Shown here: positions 21,809 through 32,209 of the stretch, one piece after another | How positions within the stretch are numbered: the first letter of the stretch is position 1 | Layout of the letters: every line of letters starts with the position of its first letter | From: an uncultured delta proteobacterium | Lineage (GTDB): Bacteria > Desulfobacterota > Desulfuromonadia > Desulfuromonadales > BM103 | Assembly: GCA_963715335.1 (NCBI GenBank) | Contig: CAVQRZ010000031.1 | Coordinates: forward strand, 1-64,000 | Direction of reading: 5' to 3' | DNA: 64,000 nt | Translations under genes and position numbers: made by a program | Notes under the pieces: generated by a model | What the model was told of the DNA's origin: nothing | What the model saw: only the letters and a program-made list of their open reading frames with translations | Databases searched by the model: none

Positions 21809-23137
21809 ATGAAGTCCAATTTGACCGTCATCAGGAAAGTCGAGATCGGCTACCTTGTGGTTATTATGTTTGGCATGATAGCGGTCGGTTATGCGCTGTT
21901 CAGCCTGCACGAACACAACCGCCGGACCGAGGAACTGGTCGACGTCCAGTTCCGGGCCCTGACCCTGCTGCGAGATCTTCGCCAGAACCTGCTGGCCCAG
22001 GAGAATCTGGAAAGCCAGCTGGTTATCTTGAAAGACCCCCAACTTCTGGAACTCCTGGCACGGCGAACCGGCGACCTTGATGCTCTTCTCGCAAACATGA
22101 ACGCCTCGCCGCTGCCTGATTATTTTGCCCCCCTGACGGCCATGATCGAAGATTACGTGTCCCGGTACCGGCCCCTCAGCAAGGCCTTTGCAGAGAAGAA
22201 ATGGCGACAGGCTGCTGAAACCGCCTCAGCCTCGACCGCACCCCTGCGCAGCCAGCTGCTGGAATTCCTCAACGACCTCCGGCTACGGCATCAGAACGCC
22301 CTGGACGAGGACCTGAGACAACTGTCAGATCAGAGCAGCGAGGCCTACCGTTTGACTTTGATCCTCACCTTTATCGGCATCCTCCTCACTGCGCCTGTCA
22401 CGCTCACGGTAATCGGCAGCATCCGCCGTTCGGTCAGGGCCCTGCAGAACGCGACCCAGGAGATAGCTGCCGGGAATTTCGAAACATCGATCGATATCGA
22501 AAGCAACGATGAGTTCGGCCAGTTGGCCAGGGATTTTTCCAGCATGGCGCGCAAACTCGTGGAGCTCGAGCGAGCAAATCTGGACGCCAATCCCCTCACC
22601 CGGCTGCCGGGCAACCTGGCGATCAGCCGCGTGCTGGAAGACCGGATCGCGCAGAAACGACCTTTTGCCCATCTCTATATAGACCTGGATAATTTCAAGG
22701 CATACACGGATTACTATGGTTACAACGTCGGCAGTGACGTGATCAACCGGGTCGGTGAACTGCTCAAACGCGTCGTCGCCGGGCAAGGCGGCGATGATGA
22801 CCTGGTCGGGCATATCGGCGGAGATGATTACGTGATTATGACCTCTCCCGAGCGTGCCGAAGATATTGCAAAAGCCATCATCAGTGACTTTGACAGCATG
22901 GTCCCCGAAATCTACGAGCCAAAAGACCTCAAAGCCGGATTCATCTTTGGCACGGATCGATACGATATCAAACGGTCCTTTCCGCTGATGACCATTTCAG
23001 TTGCGATTACGCTGTCCGAGAACATGGAGAATCCGTCACTTTTGACAGTCAGCCAAACTTGCGCCAGTATGAAGGACCACCTGAAAAGGCTCAAGGGCAG
23101 CAACTACCTCATAGACCGCAGGAAACATTTGTCATGA
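21809..23137 (+). CDS. Membrane-bound HAMP-GGDEF diguanylate cyclase
   Basis: Two TM helices, HAMP (DEFGQLA), NPLTRLPGN, DLDNFKAY and HIGGDDY. Confidence 0.88.
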   Translation: MKSNLTVIRKVEIGYLVVIMFGMIAVGYALFSLHEHNRRTEELVDVQFRALTLLRDLRQNLLAQENLESQLVILKDPQLLELLARRTGDLDALLANMNASPLPDYFAPLTAMIEDYVSRYRPLSKAFAEKKWRQAAETASASTAPLRSQLLEFLNDLRLRHQNALDEDLRQLSDQSSEAYRLTLILTFIGILLTAPVTLTVIGSIRRSVRALQNATQEIAAGNFETSIDIESNDEFGQLARDFSSMARKLVELERANLDANPLTRLPGNLAISRVLEDRIAQKRPFAHLYIDLDNFKAYTDYYGYNVGSDVINRVGELLKRVVAGQGGDDDLVGHIGGDDYVIMTSPERAEDIAKAIISDFDSMVPEIYEPKDLKAGFIFGTDRYDIKRSFPLMTISVAITLSENMENPSLLTVSQTCASMKDHLKRLKGSNYLIDRRKHLS

Positions 23138-23571
23138 CCTCTACCTTGAATCGTTGGATTCCTGTTCTTCTCGTCGGCGCCCTTTTGGCCGGTTGCAATG
23201 GCCTGCTTGTCCCGCATGGCGCATCAATGCGCGGCCCTGAGCTCTTCGCGAATGGGCTTGACCAATACACCGAATCCGGCGATCTGCAGTCGTTGAAGAT
23301 CCTCTCGCAACAGCCTGAGGAAGGGCAATGGGCGGCCAGGGCCGAGTTGGTGGTCCAGTTGGTCGAACAGCAGGAGAAGCTGCTTGCAGAGATTGAGAGC
23401 AAGGCCGATGTAAAGGCAGCAGGGCAGACGAAACAGGCTCTCCTCGAAGAAAAAAAACTTGAACGCTGCAATAACGAAATGCTCGTTCTCAGGCAAAACA
23501 ACCAGGCCCTGGAAGAGACCATCGCTCAGCTAAAAAAGCTGCTGATCGAAATGGAATCGCGATCGAATTAG
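23134..23571 (+). CDS. Putative coiled-coil lipoprotein
   Basis: MTSTLNRW...LLAGC lipobox; ATGA overlap with the GGDEF gene stop. Confidence 0.7.
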   Translation: MTSTLNRWIPVLLVGALLAGCNGLLVPHGASMRGPELFANGLDQYTESGDLQSLKILSQQPEEGQWAARAELVVQLVEQQEKLLAEIESKADVKAAGQTKQALLEEKKLERCNNEMLVLRQNNQALEETIAQLKKLLIEMESRSN

Positions 23572-23624
23572 CCGGAGCCAGAACGGCCCGGTTTGCCTGG
23601 GGTGTGAAGCAAATCCCGCCCTGA

Positions 23625-25136
23625 TCAGCCGACTATGATCTCGAACTGTTCGAGATGGAATCCCTGCCGCGCTGCAATCGTAATCTGCTTTTCGAATTTC
23701 TTTTCCAACTCCTCTATGCCGTGACGCTCCTCGTCGTAGAGCAGGGAGGCGATGTCCGGGTGTACCAGGAGGGTCATCCGGTAGCCGGGGGCCGGCCCCA
23801 TCTCGCGCTGCAGTTCACGGAATATCTCGTAGGCTGTCGTCGTGCGGCTCTTGACATAGCCTTTCCCTTCACAGTAAGGACAGGGCTCGCAAAGAGTTCG
23901 GCCGATGCTTTCGCGGACCCGCTTGCGGGTCATTTCCACCAGGCCGAGCTCCGAGATCTTCAGGATATTGGTTTTCGCCTTGTCATTCTTCAGAGTCTCT
24001 TCCAGCGCGCCGTGGACCTTTTCGCGGTGGGCCTCTTTCTCCATGTCGATGAAGTCGATGATGATCAGCCCGCCGATATTGCGCAGGCGCAACTGGAAGG
24101 CGATCTCCTTGACCGCCTCCAGGTTGGTCTTCAGAATCGTGTCTTCGAGGTTGTGCTTGCCGACAAAACGACCGGTGTTGACGTCGACGGCGGTCAACGC
24201 TTCAGTCTGTTCGATAATGATGTAGCCGCCACTTTTTAGCCAAACCTTGCGGCCCAATGCCCTGGCAATCTCCACTTCGAGGCCAAAGGTGTCGAAAATC
24301 GGTTCGTCGCCGGAGTACTGTTCAACCTGGAAGTTGTGCCCAAGCATGAAGGTGTCGAGGAAGTGGACGATCTTTTTGAACTCGACCGGGCTGTCGACTA
24401 TGATCCGGGAAACATCTTCGGTAAGGATGTCGCGCAGGACCTTGCTGGTCACATCAAGATCTGAGTGAACCAGGCAGGGCGCCCTGTTGTCTTCGCAGTG
24501 TTCGCTGATCTGGGCCCACAGGTTGACCAGGTAATCCATGTCGGCCTTGAGCTCTTCCCCCTCGCGCAACTCGGCGACGGTTCGAACAATGAATCCGGTG
24601 CCGGCCGGGCGCATGACATCCACCAGGTGGCGCAGACGTTCGCGCTCATCTTCGTTTTCAATCCTGCGGGAGATGCCGACGTGGTCGACGGTGGGCATAT
24701 AGACCAGGTTACGTCCCGGTAGCGAGATGTGCGAGGTAATCCGCGCGCCCTTGGTGCCGATCGGTTCTTTGGCAACCTGTACCAGGATCTCCTGGCCTTC
24801 CTGCAAAAGCTCCTCGATCGGCGGCAGGGGCGGGCTCTCTTCCCCGGTCTCTTCACTTTGTTGCTCGTGGCGATGACCAACTTCTACGTAGTGCTCGACG
24901 GCTTCCATCTCGTCGAGGACATCGGCAACATAGAGAAAAGCGGCTTTCTCGAGGCCGATGTCGACGAATGCCGCCTGCATGCCCGGCAGAACCCGAATGA
25001 CGCGGCCCCGGTAGATGTTGCCGACGATGCCGAGTTCGCGGTTGCGCTCGATGTAGAGCTCGGCAATGTGGCCACTCTCCAGCAGGGCGATCCGCGTCTC
25101 GTGGGACGTGGTGTTGATGACCAGTTCCTTGGCCAT
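23625..25136 (-). CDS. rng: Rne/Rng family ribonuclease (RNase G)
   Basis: S1 domain GNIYRGRV..VLPGMQAAFVDIG, DVNTG and IIIDFIDM; 503 aa. Confidence 0.93.
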   Translation of the reverse strand: MAKELVINTTSHETRIALLESGHIAELYIERNRELGIVGNIYRGRVIRVLPGMQAAFVDIGLEKAAFLYVADVLDEMEAVEHYVEVGHRHEQQSEETGEESPPLPPIEELLQEGQEILVQVAKEPIGTKGARITSHISLPGRNLVYMPTVDHVGISRRIENEDERERLRHLVDVMRPAGTGFIVRTVAELREGEELKADMDYLVNLWAQISEHCEDNRAPCLVHSDLDVTSKVLRDILTEDVSRIIVDSPVEFKKIVHFLDTFMLGHNFQVEQYSGDEPIFDTFGLEVEIARALGRKVWLKSGGYIIIEQTEALTAVDVNTGRFVGKHNLEDTILKTNLEAVKEIAFQLRLRNIGGLIIIDFIDMEKEAHREKVHGALEETLKNDKAKTNILKISELGLVEMTRKRVRESIGRTLCEPCPYCEGKGYVKSRTTTAYEIFRELQREMGPAPGYRMTLLVHPDIASLLYDEERHGIEELEKKFEKQITIAARQGFHLEQFEIIVG

Positions 25137-25251
25137 GATGGTGTCTCCTTACCTGGATGTCTATATCGTGAAAGTGAAAATTCGTTGGCATTCAAAGCTC
25201 GCAGTGACAGCAGGGAGAGTCCCGTAACGCCTGCGTCAACAATCCGTCGTA

Positions 25252-27778
25252 TTACAAATTTACCGGTATTTCCGGCGCTTTCAACTGGATCGATATTTTG
25301 CATATGCCCATGGTACGAACATCCTCAATATCTTTCTCCATGAGATACGCGGCGAGAAAGAGAGGGCTGCCGGATTTCAGCTCCATCAAGAGCTGGCGAT
25401 TCCGGCACTGCAGGTCCAGAACCCAGGGTCTCAGATCGATTTTCTCCACGCGGTTCTTCTTCGTCCTGCTGGTGATGACGCTGTCTTGCTGCAAAAAGTC
25501 CCGCAGCCTGGCGTCGAAAGCTTCCCCCATATTTTCAGACAGGGGGACCCGGTAGGTTGCAGAGACGATGCTGTTTGCCGGGGCCTCGCCGCTGCGCGAC
25601 CATATGCCGGCATCGAGGGCCCGGACGCCCTCCGGGAATTCCCGGTTAAGCCGTTCCATGACCGTGGCTGGTTCGCAAGCCGCCGTCAATTCCAGGTCGA
25701 CGATTTCCGCCTCACTGGCAACGCCGAGCGGCAGAGCATCGCCGAAACTGATCCGCGGTGCCGGGTGGAAGCCCGCCGAATACTTGATCGGCAGCCCGGC
25801 CCGGCGGACGGCCCGGTGGATCAGGGTCATGTATTCAAGGTGGCTCAGGCTTGCCGTGCGCCCGGTCTTGGTGAGAGTCAGTCGCAGCTTTGGCAGGCGT
25901 TCTGGCTCAGGAACGGCTGGCGCCACGACGGCGGCGGGTTCCCGCTCTGTCTCCTCACGGTCGGACAGACGCGGCCGGACAGTCTCGAAATCGCACAGCC
26001 CGCAATAGCTGCACTGGCCGTGACGACAGTCCGGGGTCTCCTTGCCAAGCAGGGCATTCTGGTGTTCGCGCAGTAAAAATCCTTTGCTGACTCCGGAATC
26101 GATGTGGTCCCAGGGCAAGGTCTCGCCGACCTGACGTTGGCGCAGATACCAGGCCGGATCGAGTCCCGCCGCGGTAAACGCCTCCTGCCACAAATCCCAC
26201 CGGAAATGATCGCGCCAACCGTCAAAACGACACCCCCGTTGCACGGCTTCAGCGAGTACGGCGCCGAGACGACGATCGCCGCGGGCAAACACACCCTCGA
26301 GAAACGAGAGCTCCGCTTCGTGCCACTTGAGGCGCAGGCGTTTCTTCTTCAAGGCATTGCGCAGCCGGTCCTGCCGGGACAGGGTCTCTTCTACGCTGAT
26401 CTGTGCTTCCCACTGAAAGGGCGAGTGCGCTTTCGGCACAAATGTCGACACCGAGACGTTGACATCGGCCCCGCCCTGGGTGCCCCTGCCGGCGGCCTTG
26501 ACGCGGGCGGCCAGTTCGACCAGTGCATCCAGGTCCTCATCTGTCTCCGTGGGCAGTCCGATCATGAAGTAGAGCTTGATGGTGCGCCAGCCGAGCTCAA
26601 AGGCGGCTCGGGCGCTCTCAACCAGGTCTGCCTCTTTTATCCCCTTGTTGATAACCAGTCGCAAACGTTCGCTGCCGGCCTCGGGGGCCATGGTGAAGCC
26701 GGTTTTGCGAACCTTTTTGATCTCGTTCATCAGCTCCGGGGTCAATGAACCGACGCGCAGGCTGGGGAGAGATATCGCCACACGCTGGTCGGCATAACAG
26801 CCCATCAGGTCCTGCATCAGGACTTCTATGGCGCTGTAATCCCCCGTTGAAAGAGAGAGCAGTGAGACCTCGTCGTAGCCGGAATGGCGCAGCATCTGCT
26901 CGACCAGGCTGCGGATCGTTTCCGGTTGCCGTTCGCGAACCGGGCGGTAGATATAGCCGGCCTGGCAGAAACGGCAGCCGCGGGTGCAGCCGCGGGCCAC
27001 TTCCACGGCGACCCGGTCGTGGATTGTCTCCAGGAAGGGCACAATCGGCCGGGTCGGATAAGCTGCCGAGTCCAGGTCGGCCAGCACCCGGCGCTTGACT
27101 TTCTCCTGCGCCCCCGCCGTCGGAGTGATGGCGGATACTCTGCCGTCTGGTTTGTAACTGACCGAAAAAAGCGATGGCACGTAAATGCCTTCAATTGCAG
27201 CCAGTCTCTTCAGCAGGGCCGCCCTGTTTTCCCCGGCCGATCTGCTCTCACGAAATGCCGTACAGAGATCGATGATGGCCTCCTCACCGTCACCGATTAC
27301 AGCGCAGTCGATAAAATCGGCAAGGGGTTCCGGGTTGAATGCGCAGGGGCCGCCGACCACGATCAAGGGCGCCAGCTCATCTGCGTGCGCTTGCGTGCAG
27401 CGGCAGACCGGACAGTTTCAGCATAGTCAGAACGTTGGTGTAGCAGAGCTCGTATTGCAGCGAAAAGCCGATAATGTCGAAATCGACCAGGGGACGATCG
27501 CTTTCCAGGGAGGCCAGGGGCTTGCCCTGGTCGCGCAACTGGGCTTCACGGTCCGGCCATGGAGTGTAGCAACGTTCAGCCGCTATCCAGTCGACATCGT
27601 TGAGAACACGATACAGAATTGCTGAACCGATGTGGCTCATGCCCACTTCGTAGACGTCGGGAAAAGCCATTGCAAAGCGCACGTCGACCTGCGCCCAGTC
27701 CTTACAGACGCTGCCACGCTCACCGCCAAGGTAACGGGCCGGACGCTTTAGTTGATAGATGGAAGATTCGCTGGTCAT
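25252..27778 (-). CDS. B12-binding radical SAM protein with C-terminal radical SAM-linked (DUF2344-type) domain; split by a frameshift near 27382
   Basis: PARYLGGE and FPDVYEVGMSH in the upstream ORF; RGCTRGCRFCQAG and SHLE...GFHPAPRISF in the downstream ORF; adjacent to rng. Confidence 0.88.
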
Positions 27779-27920
27779 GACAATCCGAAAAAATCGTTGT
27801 AATTGATCAAACGCATAAAATAGCACGTTTGTTTTTATGGTGGACCAGAAATTCAGAGGTGAGCTGTTTGCACGGCAAGTATTTTTGCAATCTGAATCCG
27901 GATGTCGATCTCCGCATTAG

Positions 27921-27951
27921 AAAAGCCCGGCTGTTCAGCAGACCGGGCTTT
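27921..27951 (-). terminator. Intrinsic terminator after the cytochrome c5 gene
   Basis: AAAGCCCGG-N-CCGGGCTTT hairpin. Confidence 0.65.
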
Positions 27952-27981
27952 AGTCATCCGTCTCGGAGATGGCATTAAATG

Positions 27982-28308
27982 CTATCTGCTCTGCTCCAGC
28001 ATGTAGATGACCGCAGAGGAGACTTCCGCATCGGTCAGGGCGCTGTTGCCGCCCTTGGCCGGCATGAATCCGCTGCTGCCCTGATAACCGTTGATGGCGT
28101 TGTAAATCACTGCCTCAGTCCCTTTGGCACTACGCTCCGTCCATGCCGTTTTGTCTCCGACTTTGGGGGCCCCTGCTATGCCGCCGGCGTGACATGGTGT
28201 ACAGAAATTCATGTAGATCCCCTGGCCTTTGGCCGCGTCAGCAGAAACCAAAGATGCCATGGCTAAGGTAACAGTGGCAACAATGACGAGCGTAAGTGCG
28301 GTTTTCAT
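27982..28308 (-). CDS. Monoheme cytochrome c5 family protein
   Basis: Signal peptide, CTPCH, GAPKVGD..AW and MPAKGG; AAGGAG RBS before MKTALT. Confidence 0.9.
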   Translation of the reverse strand: MKTALTLVIVATVTLAMASLVSADAAKGQGIYMNFCTPCHAGGIAGAPKVGDKTAWTERSAKGTEAVIYNAINGYQGSSGFMPAKGGNSALTDAEVSSAVIYMLEQSR

Positions 28309-28689
28309 GGTCACTCCTTGTTGTGCGGGGTTGCTCGATCCAGGCTGACGAGAGAGGAATTGCCGGTCGTCAGTATGGCCCGGGGTGAAAATGGACCTTT
28401 GCTCAGGATTTTTTGCGATTCGATGCCTGACATTGCCGGCAGGCTGCCGAATAGGATTTGCCACATTCTTTGCATGGGTGAGTCTTGGAACTGCTCATGG
28501 GAGCCTCAATATACAGTGTGTCCACTTAATGTTTAACCCGATTACCGTCATGTTAATTCGCATGTGACTCACGCGCAAGATAAATTTTAATCCTTTTTGG
28601 ACGGCCTCTAGCATGGGCCGGAAGCTGTTTTTCGCAGGGATGATGGAAATGTGCTCCAGCCCCAGCCTCCGCCCTATAGCCTTTATCTT

Positions 28690-28820
28690 TAACGCCCGTT
28701 CGCTTTGCTCACTCAAGACGCAAAGACGCAAAGCTTATAGGATTTGTTTTATAAACAATAGAAACGGATTTTCTCTGCTTGCTTTGCGCCTTTGCGTTGA
28801 AATATTTTTTGGTTTTTCGT
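28690..28820 (+). repeat. ~130-bp (CGCAAAG)-type self-complementary repeat, copy 1
   Basis: Direct repeat of 29553-29692; internal inverted arms GACGCAAAGACGCAAAG and CTTTGCGCCTTTGCGTT. Confidence 0.8.
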
Positions 28821-28977
28821 GACCCATTTCCCCCTTTTATTCATAAAAAACGGAAAATTAATTTAAGAATAGGGCCCAAACAATCCACTTTCGCGACTCT
28901 TCCCCTGATTTATCCTCAATAAAAACAGTCAGTTAGTAAATATTAAATAATTATGAAATATATTTTAACTTTTATGC

Positions 28978-29006
28978 TTGACATGAATGATCTCTAATGT
29001 TAAAAC
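28978..29006 (+). promoter_or_regulatory. Sigma70-type promoter of the small-protein operon
   Basis: TTGACA, 17 bp, TAAAAC, preceded by an AT-rich UP-like tract. Confidence 0.7.
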
Positions 29007-29051
29007 TCTAATCAAGATCAATCAAGAAGAACTAACAAAGAGGAGGACATC

Positions 29052-29198
29052 ATGAAAACTCAAAGCCGCTTTATGGATACCGTAAAAAGTTCTTACCTGG
29101 TTCTCGTCATTGCCGCCCTCGGCATCTTCGCCTTCATCTCGGCGGTCCTGATCGCCTGGCCGGCACTCGCCTACATCGGCTCGAAACTGTTCAACTAG
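29052..29198 (+). CDS. Small membrane protein, 48 aa, paralog 1 (not in ORF track)
   Basis: MKTQSRFMDTVKSSYLVLVIAALGIFAFISAVLIAWPALAYIGSKLFN; GAGGAGG RBS; paralog immediately downstream. Confidence 0.85.
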   Translation: MKTQSRFMDTVKSSYLVLVIAALGIFAFISAVLIAWPALAYIGSKLFN

Positions 29199-29255
29199 GA
29201 CTTATTCACTTTAACCTCGTCGCTTGAAGCGCGAGACACCCATAGGAGACACATC

Positions 29256-29402
29256 ATGCAAAGCGCAGCCAACATCATCAATTCCGTCAAAGCCAGTTAC
29301 ACGATCGCCGTTATGGGTGTCCTCGGCATCTTCGCCATCATCTCTGCCGTGCTGATCGCCTGGCCGGCCCTGGCCTACCTCGGCGCCAAGCTGTTCAACT
29401 AA
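29256..29402 (+). CDS. Small membrane protein, 48 aa, paralog 2 (not in ORF track)
   Basis: MQSAANIINSVKASYTIAVMGVLGIFAIISAVLIAWPALAYLGAKLFN; AGGAG RBS; 29/48 identical to paralog 1. Confidence 0.85.
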   Translation: MQSAANIINSVKASYTIAVMGVLGIFAIISAVLIAWPALAYLGAKLFN

Positions 29403-29416
29403 ACGTGAAAGATAAC

Positions 29417-29446
29417 AAGGGGACCGAAATCATTCGGTCCCCTTTT
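29417..29446 (+). terminator. Intrinsic terminator of the small-protein operon
   Basis: AAGGGGACCGAA-ATCA-TTCGGTCCCCTTTT. Confidence 0.85.
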
Positions 29447-29510
29447 AATTGTGCAAACCGCCTGATTTAGAGGCATCGGGATGCTGGCATTTTCCGTCAG
29501 TCTCTAGAAA

Positions 29511-29974
29511 GGGCAACAGATGGTTCATCTGGCCCCAGCCTTCCTTGAACCCTAACGCACCGTGGGTCGCTCTTGCTCACTCAAGGCGCGAAGACGCAGA
29601 GCTTATAGGGCACCTTCGGATTTTATAAACAATAAAATGATTCTCTTTGCGGCCTTTGCGGCTTTGCGTTAAACACGGTTGTAGGTTTTCGTCTCCGCGG
29701 GCAGGTCTTTTAAACCATTATCACGTTCCCGCCTTCGAAAGACATGCCCAGCGCAAGGCGCAGGCCCTTTTCTGCTACTCTTATTGGCCAGCAAAAGAAA
29801 GGCGCAGTCGGGGGGCGCGACCCGCCGGATTCTGGTTTTGATTCTATTTTTAATTCCAGAGTACAATAACAAAGGGCAACAGATGAACCACCTGTTGCCC
29901 TTTGCTGTATAGAGGCTTTTCAGCCAGGTAAAAAAACAAACCCCGCACTTGATACGGGGTTTGTCAGCAATCTG
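29511..29974. repeat. Mosaic repeat cluster 3 (H, CGCAAAG repeat copy 2, degenerate A, H, end module)
   Basis: H at 29511 and 29874, A module at 29741-29835, end module at 29901-29974. Confidence 0.85.
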
Positions 29975-30027
29975 AGACGCTCCGATTGAGGCGACCTTTG
30001 TCGGCTTCTGTCAATCGTACAGGATCT

Positions 30028-30492
30028 TCAGCGACTCATCCCGAACATGGCCTTGTAGTCTTCCTCGACGAGTTCGAGGTGATTGTGGGTCGACGTGGCG
30101 TTTGCCAGGTACACCATGGAGATCGAGGGGTCATCTATCTTGGCCGCCATTTCCCGCAGCTCTTTCTCCAGTGCATCTTCCTGCTCAATTGCCAGTTCCA
30201 GGGCTTTTCGCTCGTCGAAGTCCTGCATCAGGAGATTTTGCAGGCTTTTCCACCAGCCAGAATCGGTGTTTGGCGGAGCCTTCATGAACTCCTGGAAAGA
30301 GGGGATGTCGTCGCCTGGATAAATTCTGTAGAACGACTCTGCATGCTGGTATTCTTCGCGCGCCAGTATTTCAAAAGTCAGCCGCGCCTTCTCTTCCATC
30401 ATACGCTCGGCACCATACTTGTAAAAGTCCATGGCGTCCTTTTCGGTCTGAATGGATTCCTTGATCGCTTTCTTCACGTCAATGAGTCCCAT
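30028..30492 (-). CDS. Ferritin-like / rubrerythrin-type diiron protein
   Basis: AI..E..A..FY, LAREEYQH and a second helix pair ALELAIEQE...H. Confidence 0.8.
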   Translation of the reverse strand: MGLIDVKKAIKESIQTEKDAMDFYKYGAERMMEEKARLTFEILAREEYQHAESFYRIYPGDDIPSFQEFMKAPPNTDSGWWKSLQNLLMQDFDERKALELAIEQEDALEKELREMAAKIDDPSISMVYLANATSTHNHLELVEEDYKAMFGMSR

Positions 30493-30883
30493 GGTATATG
30501 CCTCCCCTTGATACTGTTTTTTGCACAAGAATAAACCGGCAGTATTCATAACACATTTTAACGTTGAGGTCTCGTTTTTTCTTGTCTTGAGAAGCGGTTT
30601 TTCCGTCCATGCGATTTAGTCAATTTCTCCTTATGCTTGGCTTTTGTCGATATGCCGTAACCCTCCGTCGTGTCACTTAACAAACGATTTGTCGCAGGCC
30701 AGACCCGTTTTGTCGCGGTTTCGCCGGGCTCATTTTTTAACCCGGGCTGGCGCAAAACAGTCACATAAAAGGTTTGGTCCAAAGTCCCTGAGCCAAATAG
30801 GTTGAAAGCGCCTGCCCCTTTCGGTTAGACTCCGTTTTTGAAACATAACGAAAAAAGTCAGCATAAACTCTTCGAGGTCCGCC

Positions 30884-31645
30884 ATGAACAAAAACGTCAG
30901 CCTTGCTCTTGTCTCCGCGATTGCGATACTAACCATTGCCGCACCTGCTGTCGCAGCTCCGGTTATCTTGTTCGATGAATCCCATGCCCAGCAGTTCCTG
31001 GTCGGAGCAGACGGCCCGCTCGATCTTTCCGGGCTGGCCGCGGTTTACCGCGAGAACGGTTTTCAGGTCAGGAGCTCCGCGGGGCCACTGAACGGCGCAG
31101 AATTGTCCTCGGTTGATGTGCTTGTCCTGTCCGGTCCCTTCAGACCACTCGACACAGATGAAGTCCAGGTCGTCCTCGATTTCGTTAGCAACGGCGGTGG
31201 CCTGGCGGTCATGTTGCATATCCCGTCACCGGCACTGAGCCTCCTCCGGCAGCTCGATATCGATGTTGCAAACGGGATATTGCATGAAGAAGATGCGGCG
31301 ATCGGAGGCAACCCTCTTTATTTCAAGGTCAGCAGACTTGCTGTTCACCCACTGTTTGCAGGACTGGAAGGCTTTTCGGTATACGGAAGCTGGGCTCTGC
31401 GAGGCGCCGCTGAGCATGTTTCGATCGTGGCGGTAACCGGCCAGAACGGCTGGGTCGATCTGGATCATGACAATCGGTTTTCCAGTGCCGATGCGATGCA
31501 GGCGTTCGGCGTGGTGGCTGCCGGCCAGTTGGGGGAGGGAAGGTACGTCGTTTTCGGCGATGACGCGTTGTTCCAGAACCGGTTTCTTGATGAGTCGAAT
31601 CGACGGTTGGCGCTGAACCTTGCCAACTGGTTGAGCTCAAGATAA
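30884..31645 (+). CDS. Secreted protein, DUF4350 / GATase-like fold
   Basis: Signal peptide, ILFDESH, FVSNGGGL and GRYVVFGD..LFQN. Confidence 0.65.
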   Translation: MNKNVSLALVSAIAILTIAAPAVAAPVILFDESHAQQFLVGADGPLDLSGLAAVYRENGFQVRSSAGPLNGAELSSVDVLVLSGPFRPLDTDEVQVVLDFVSNGGGLAVMLHIPSPALSLLRQLDIDVANGILHEEDAAIGGNPLYFKVSRLAVHPLFAGLEGFSVYGSWALRGAAEHVSIVAVTGQNGWVDLDHDNRFSSADAMQAFGVVAAGQLGEGRYVVFGDDALFQNRFLDESNRRLALNLANWLSSR

Positions 31646-31650
31646 TCGTC

Positions 31651-32181
31651 GGTTTGATCTGTTACTCTCTTTACTTTATTCTTTAAATTCTTAAAAGCAA
31701 AACCGGCGGGTCGCGTCCCGCCGGACGCCATACTTTTGTCCGGCAACAAAAGTATGCAAAAGTGCCTTCTCCTTGCGGAGGGCATCTCCTCTGCCGGATG
31801 TCTGTGACTTCAACAACCTGCTGTGATGGGGATCCGGCCCTGTGTCAAAGGGCCTGACCTTGCCGTGTGATTTACAAGGGAAAAGCCTGAAAAGCATACC
31901 ACTACCGATGCAAGCTTCCACAGAAGGAGAGGCTCTCAAGAGCCTCGGCTCCTGCGGGGGAAGCGTAGACTCTTGATCGTTTAGAACGATCCGGATTGAG
32001 GTTGCTGCCATTTCGCGCCAGACATGCCCAGCGCAGCGCAGGCCCTTTTCTGCTTACTCTTTTAGGCCAGTAAAAGAGTAAGGCGCAGTCGGGGGGCGCG
32101 ACCCCCGGGTTTGGCTTTTTGCTTTTATCTTTGATTTCAAAGGACAATAGCAAAGGGCAACAGATGAACCCCCTGTTGCCC
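31651..32181. repeat. Mosaic repeat cluster 4: ~415-bp element 31697-32112 (reverse) with H remnant on the left and H on the right
   Basis: Closely matches 62539-62951 in the same orientation. Confidence 0.92.
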
Positions 32182-32209
32182 TAAAATCCATATTCGGGGT
32201 CCTTTAAAT

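Noticed and set aside
27366..27390. Selenocysteine or stop readthrough at the TGA ending ORF 27377..27826
   Set aside because: The downstream ORF is in a different frame (offset 460 nt), so this is an indel and not readthrough.
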